A stretch of 63,755 nt of DNA, the filler included, from an uncultured bacterium (lineage in GTDB: Bacteria > Hinthialibacterota > Hinthialibacteria > Hinthialibacterales > Hinthialibacteraceae), in assembly GCA_964449065.1 (NCBI GenBank). It is 3 parts of 3 records of this genome, joined end to end, with 100 filler letters (N's around TTAATTAATTAA, not from the genome) between each part and the next. Parts side by side here need not be neighbours in the genome. Positions count along the whole stretch, not along the records: positions 43,597 to 63,755 come from CAYVAZ010000052.1; 2 more parts are not named here. One strand, written 5' to 3'. The notes under the pieces were generated by a model that made no database searches, was not told where the DNA came from, and worked only from the letters and a program-made list of their open reading frames with translations. The number at the start of each line of letters is the position of its first letter. The stretch's first letter is position 1. Shown here one piece after another: positions 59,415 to 63,755 of the stretch. Made by a program: the position numbers and the translations under genes.

Positions 59415-60689
59415 ATGCAAATAAAATCCTTTTTTTTGCTCTTCCTTTTCATTCCGCTCATTTTTTGTTCAACCGGCACAACAAAAGACTACCCCAAAAC
59501 CTCTATTCGTAACGGTGTGCTGGATGTAGATATCTACTTACCGGACGCGGAAAAGGGCTATTACAGAGGAACCCGGTTTGAGTGGTCCGGCTTGGTGCAA
59601 GAAGTACGGTATAAAGGGCACCGCTTTTTCGGTGACTGGAAACCGGCCCATGATCCAACCAATCATGACGACGTCAACGGGATTGCCAGCGAATTCAGTA
59701 TGGGCTTGTTTGGAGTCGATCCCCCTTTAGGCTATCCCGAAGCAAAACCGGGAGACCCCTTTCTGAAAATCGGGGTTGGATTGCTCGAAAAGGGTGACGA
59801 AGAGGCCTATTCTCCGTTCATCAATTATGACATCCAAAAGGCGTTTGAATGGGATATACAGCAGGGTACGGATTGGATTGAATTCAAGCAAGAAATCCAA
59901 CCCTTTCAAGGATGGGCATACCGGTATAGTAAAAAAATTACATTGCACGAAAATCAGCCGGTAATGGTTGTATCTCATACAATGGTCAATACCGGAACCA
60001 AAGACATTTCAACCAGTCAATATTGCCATAATTTTATTCTCATAGACCGCGAACCGGTTGGGCCGCATTACCTTCTCGCTTTTCCGTATGATATTACTGC
60101 AAAACGCTCTTTCGGTGCCTACGCAAACCTAAACAATAACCGTATTTTCATTACAAAAGAGTTATCGGACAAAGCCCTGTTTTCGGAAATCGCAAGCCGG
60201 CGTTTCTCAGCCAACAAACACTGGTTCGTGGTAAACAATACGCTTACGGATGCCTATGTGCGGGTGGATGTTGATTATCCGTTGGATATTTTTAATCTTT
60301 ACGCCGCCCGTTATGCCATTTGCCCCGAACCGTTCATCGATATTCAATTGCAACCCAACGAAACCAAGCAATGGAGCAATACGTATGAATTTTCCGCCGA
60401 ACGGGAATTAAAAGAAGAGCCAATGGAATGGCCGCTGGATATCGTCATAGAAAACGGATTCAGTACGCCAAAAATGCCGTTGAACGATTTTCTGTCGCAA
60501 ATTTATTTTAAAACCGGGGTCAAGTTTATTATTGAGAAGGATGTAAGCGGACATGTGCAAGCGGAAGTAAACGGCAAAAATACCATTGGCAAAATCTTGT
60601 GGACTGCCTTTAAGGACAAAAATTTGCATTTCAAGAAACAACACAATGGTGTGATCCGAATTTATGAGATTGCAGAAGAAGAAAAATAG
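59415..60689 (+). CDS. Secreted galactose-mutarotase-like fold protein with a C-terminal STN-like domain
   Basis: Signal peptide; YYRGTRFEWSG, YCHNF, ICPEPF; tail PLNDFLSQI...GVKF...G.V.....TIGKIL...L.F....GVIRI. Confidence 0.55.
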   Translation: MQIKSFFLLFLFIPLIFCSTGTTKDYPKTSIRNGVLDVDIYLPDAEKGYYRGTRFEWSGLVQEVRYKGHRFFGDWKPAHDPTNHDDVNGIASEFSMGLFGVDPPLGYPEAKPGDPFLKIGVGLLEKGDEEAYSPFINYDIQKAFEWDIQQGTDWIEFKQEIQPFQGWAYRYSKKITLHENQPVMVVSHTMVNTGTKDISTSQYCHNFILIDREPVGPHYLLAFPYDITAKRSFGAYANLNNNRIFITKELSDKALFSEIASRRFSANKHWFVVNNTLTDAYVRVDVDYPLDIFNLYAARYAICPEPFIDIQLQPNETKQWSNTYEFSAERELKEEPMEWPLDIVIENGFSTPKMPLNDFLSQIYFKTGVKFIIEKDVSGHVQAEVNGKNTIGKILWTAFKDKNLHFKKQHNGVIRIYEIAEEEK

Positions 60690-60795
60690 TTGTCTGTCAA
60701 TCAAAAAATGACGGATGATTATCCGTTGTTGCCCCCCTTGTTAAGGGGGGTAGGGGGGATCGATACCCGTCAATAAAACGTTGACACCGTACTAG
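60686..60795. mobile_element. MITE family A copy (inverted relative to 5344-5455)
   Basis: Reverse complement aligns end to end with 5344-5455. Confidence 0.8.
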
Positions 60796-61150
60796 CGATT
60801 GCGGAAAATTGCAATCCGTATAACCGGTCAGCCAATTGCAATGACAGCGGCTGTAGCTTCTGCCGCAAGGGGAAATTCTGTTCGGTGAACATGTTGAAAT
60901 CGAATAAAAACCAGAATAAAAAACCTATAGACGAATCATCATCCGGATTTATAATATATCCTTGCAATACCAACCTACATCAAGAAGGGTAGGTTAGCGC
61001 GGCGTAAGCCCAGTGAAAAAAAAGTGGTTCCATTTATGCCAGACCGGCTATCTTGAATTACTTAGGTCTCATTTTTTATCATTCTATTTTTCGATATTTA
61101 TTTCGGTTGAGGTTAATTCGGTGTTTCCATTCATTTGTTCTTCATCATGG

Positions 61151-63755
61151 ATGAAGAACACATTCTATATTTTTCTCCAGATTATTCTCCTGGCTTCATT
61201 CCTGGCGTTTTTCAGTTTGGACACAAAAGCCCAATCTCCCGATTTATTTCAAGACGATTCTGCCGGGTTAAATGCATACGATATTTTTCTATTTAGCATG
61301 TTATGGAAGCAAAGAAGCCCAACCGGCCTGGGTGATTTAAACGGTGACTTGGTAATCGATCACAGAGATTTATTTAAGTTGGTTGAAACCTATCAAACCT
61401 CTCCACCTCCAACTGCAACCCCAACTCAAACACCGACTTTCACTCCAACACAAACGGCTACCGCAACGCCCACCGCTTCCAGCACCCCGACTGCCATCAA
61501 CACATCCACGGCTACCGCAACCCAAACTCCAACACCGACTCAAACACCGTCTCCAACACCCACAAGCACATTTACCCCGACTGCAACGGCAACCGGAACA
61601 AACACCCCTACCCCAACGCAAACGTTTACCTCCACACCAACCTCTACATACACATACACTTCTTCTCCTACATCAACAAATACTCTTACTCCTACCTCCA
61701 CGTTCACACCCACTCATACCCATACTCAAACCCCAACAAATACACCGGTGCAAATTCTTCCCACCAATACACCAACTTCCACATTTACGCCAATCCCCCC
61801 CTCGTTCACACCAACATTTACTCCCTCAAATACACCAACCTCTACGTTTGTTTCCATTCAAACGCCTCCGCCAACGTCCGGTTCCTCTACCATAACACCT
61901 ACACCCACTCCCGCGGACAACGGTTCCAACGGAGGGGGAAATTCCGGAGCGACTTCCACGCCCACTGCCGGCAATGTGCCGGATGTCACCGAAGAAGTAT
62001 TTGTTCCCGATTTTGTGCGCGAATGGAACGTAAACCGTCCGCTATCCCTCTTTACGCAACCCGTTGAACTTCCCAGTGGAAAGCGCATCGCCTCAACAAC
62101 CCACGGCTATGCGGTGTACACGTTTGACAATAATCAAACGCCACAATTCATTGCGTTCGACCGGTTCGGCCGTATCTTCCGCAGAACGTTCCCGCTGTTT
62201 TCCACCGATTACTCCAGTCTTTCTCTGGTTGATGGCAACGAAGTGTTTGGAGAATTCTTCGAAAGCCCATCCAACACCCGGCGCTTTCAATTCGAGCAAT
62301 TCGATTTAGATCAATCCGTATCGGCGGCATTTCAAGTAGACCATTTGGGAGCGGACGCGATCGATTGGGCCTTTGACGGCGGCATACAAGGGTCGGTTAT
62401 GGCGGTGCTGCGTTTCCCGAACATCATTACCGTGCATCGAATTAATGCGAACAATGGGCACCTTGGGCAAACGGATTTTCTTGCCGGGCGACCGCTTCCA
62501 TTATCTCCAGCTGTCGTTCTTACCAAAATCAGTGGAGACAAAATTGCCGTGCTTTATTCTTCCGATCCGGACCCAATCACCGGCGACTCTACACCGCTTT
62601 ATTTATGGTTGATTGATTTTGAAGGAAATATACTAACACAGGAACCTATTGAAATTGAAATACCTCTTGTCCGCGATTTGTTGACTGGAGACGGAAACGG
62701 CTTGTTTTATTATATGGGTCAGGGTTCAAGAATTTTACGGATCGATGAAAACGGTATCGGTTTAAACGAAGCTTTATCCATCAATAATCCCTCCGGAATG
62801 CAATGGCAAGATAATTTGTTGTGGATCTTGGACGGACAGGTACACGCCCTGCGCGGCTATACGGAAGAAGCATTGTTCCATACCGGCCCGGTGGATGTAT
62901 TTCCACCCGGCTGGGACACCACCGTGGATTGGATCACCCTGCGAAAAAGCAGCGGCGACTTAGGCGGTTTTTTTACCGGCTCTGATGATGTCCATTCCGT
63001 GCATTATTTACAAATCGAACAAGGACCGCTTGTTACCCCTACCCCCAAACCGGCGCCGGGTGTGCCCACCGGCGCAACCATCGCAGTCGAGTTGGAAAAT
63101 GATAAAGAAATCGAAATGGTTCTCATTCCCAAAGGAACCTACCTGCGCGGCAGCCCGGAAAATGAGGTGGGACGAAACCGCAACAATGAAGGACCGCAGC
63201 ATACCGTAACTATCCGCAACGACTTTTTTATCGGCAAATATGAAATTACGATTGATCAATACCGTGAGTTCGATCCCTCATACCGGGCGCCGGCATTAAG
63301 CGGATTTATGATTGAATCGCCCACCATGCCTGTGTCCGGGGTATCTTGGGATAACGCCAACGCGTTTTGTGAATGGCTCTCGGACAAAACCGGCGAGTCC
63401 TTTCGCCTGCCGACTGAAGCCGAATGGGAGTATGCCTGCCGCGCCGGGACAACAACGCGGCGTTTTTGGGGCGATGACTTGGAAAATTCCGAAGCCTGTT
63501 CTTGGGCGAACGTTGCCGATATCCCCGCAGCCACAGCCTTTGATTTAAATGACCATTTTGATTGCGAAGACGGTTACGTTGCCACCGCACCGGTCGGATC
63601 GTATGAAGCCAACCCGTTCGGTGTGTTTGATATGTTGGGCAATGTTTCGGAATGGTGCCAAGATTGGTTTGGTCTCTATTCCGGTGAAGCGTTAGTGGAT
63701 CCGGAAGGCCCGTTTCGCGGCAGTTCAAAGATATTGCGCGGCGGCGCCTGGAATG
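61151..63755 (+). CDS. Large secreted modular protein: dockerin/EF-hand-like domain, Pro/Thr linker, unknown domain and FGE-sulfatase (SUMF1) domain; runs off window, absent from ORF track
   Basis: My translation: [57 protein letters not shown].., and in the same frame from 63116 [49 protein letters not shown]. Middle part spot-checked only. Confidence 0.85.
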   Translation, partial: MKNTFYIFLQIILLASFLAFFSLDTKAQSPDLFQDDSAGLNAYDIFLFSMLWKQRSPTGLGDLNGDLVIDHRDLFKLVETYQTSPPPTATPTQTPTFTPTQTATATPTASSTPTAINTSTATATQTPTPTQTPSPTPTSTFTPTATATGTNTPTPTQTFTSTPTSTYTYTSSPTSTNTLTPTSTFTPTHTHTQTPTNTPVQILPTNTPTSTFTPIPPSFTPTFTPSNTPTSTFVSIQTPPPTSGSSTITPTPTPADNGSNGGGNSGATSTPTAGNVPDVTEEVFVPDFVREWNVNRPLSLFTQPVELPSGKRIASTTHGYAVYTFDNNQTPQFIAFDRFGRIFRRTFPLFSTDYSSLSLVDGNEVFGEFFESPSNTRRFQFEQFDLDQSVSAAFQVDHLGADAIDWAFDGGIQGSVMAVLRFPNIITVHRINANNGHLGQTDFLAGRPLPLSPAVVLTKISGDKIAVLYSSDPDPITGDSTPLYLWLIDFEGNILTQEPIEIEIPLVRDLLTGDGNGLFYYMGQGSRILRIDENGIGLNEALSINNPSGMQWQDNLLWILDGQVHALRGYTEEALFHTGPVDVFPPGWDTTVDWITLRKSSGDLGGFFTGSDDVHSVHYLQIEQGPLVTPTPKPAPGVPTGATIAVELENDKEIEMVLIPKGTYLRGSPENEVGRNRNNEGPQHTVTIRNDFFIGKYEITIDQYREFDPSYRAPALSGFMIESPTMPVSGVSWDNANAFCEWLSDKTGESFRLPTEAEWEYACRAGTTTRRFWGDDLENSEACSWANVADIPAATAFDLNDHFDCEDGYVATAPVGSYEANPFGVFDMLGNVSEWCQDWFGLYSGEALVDPEGPFRGSSKILRGGAWN

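Noticed and set aside
61383..61895. 170-aa Pro/Gln/His/Leu-rich ORF and the antisense Cys/Arg/Gly-rich ORF
   Set aside because: Off-frame shadows of the Pro/Thr linker of the real gene starting at 61151.

Overview
Bacterial draft or metagenome-assembled DNA in several joined pieces: two 100-N joins carry a TTAATTAATTAA linker (21830-21929, 43497-43596) and one is a plain 100-N gap (29455-29554), so gene adjacency across them is unproven. The gene content suggests a heterotrophic diderm: Tat-exported sulfatases and oxidoreductases, a sialidase, and a dockerin-like, Pro/Thr-linked surface protein. Housekeeping genes include phoBR-like, tRNA-Lys, coaD-rpmF-plsX-fabH, a DAHP synthase, moaC-serS-moaD-moaE and def-fmt. 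The most striking region is the gap-free segment 29555-42996. A CarH/LitR-like HTH + B12-binding regulator, with Tyr in place of the canonical cobalt-ligating His, faces a furan/methyl-fatty-acid-type lipid modification operon that includes a DUF1365-CFA synthase fusion. A fasciclin-SDR-folE unit follows, and three copies of a palindrome (AWGAACG-N6-CRTTCAT) sit at these promoters, pointing to a light/oxidative-stress regulon. Other oddities: a 235-bp direct repeat bracketing an AT-rich beta-propeller gene, a stand-alone IspG Fe-S domain protein, a prenol kinase-DUF92 fusion beside a UbiA gene, a lamin-tail-domain histidine kinase, a MoaD with a blocked C-terminus, and several MITE/REP families, some sitting on stop codons. 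All calls come from reading motifs by eye; no database search was run.
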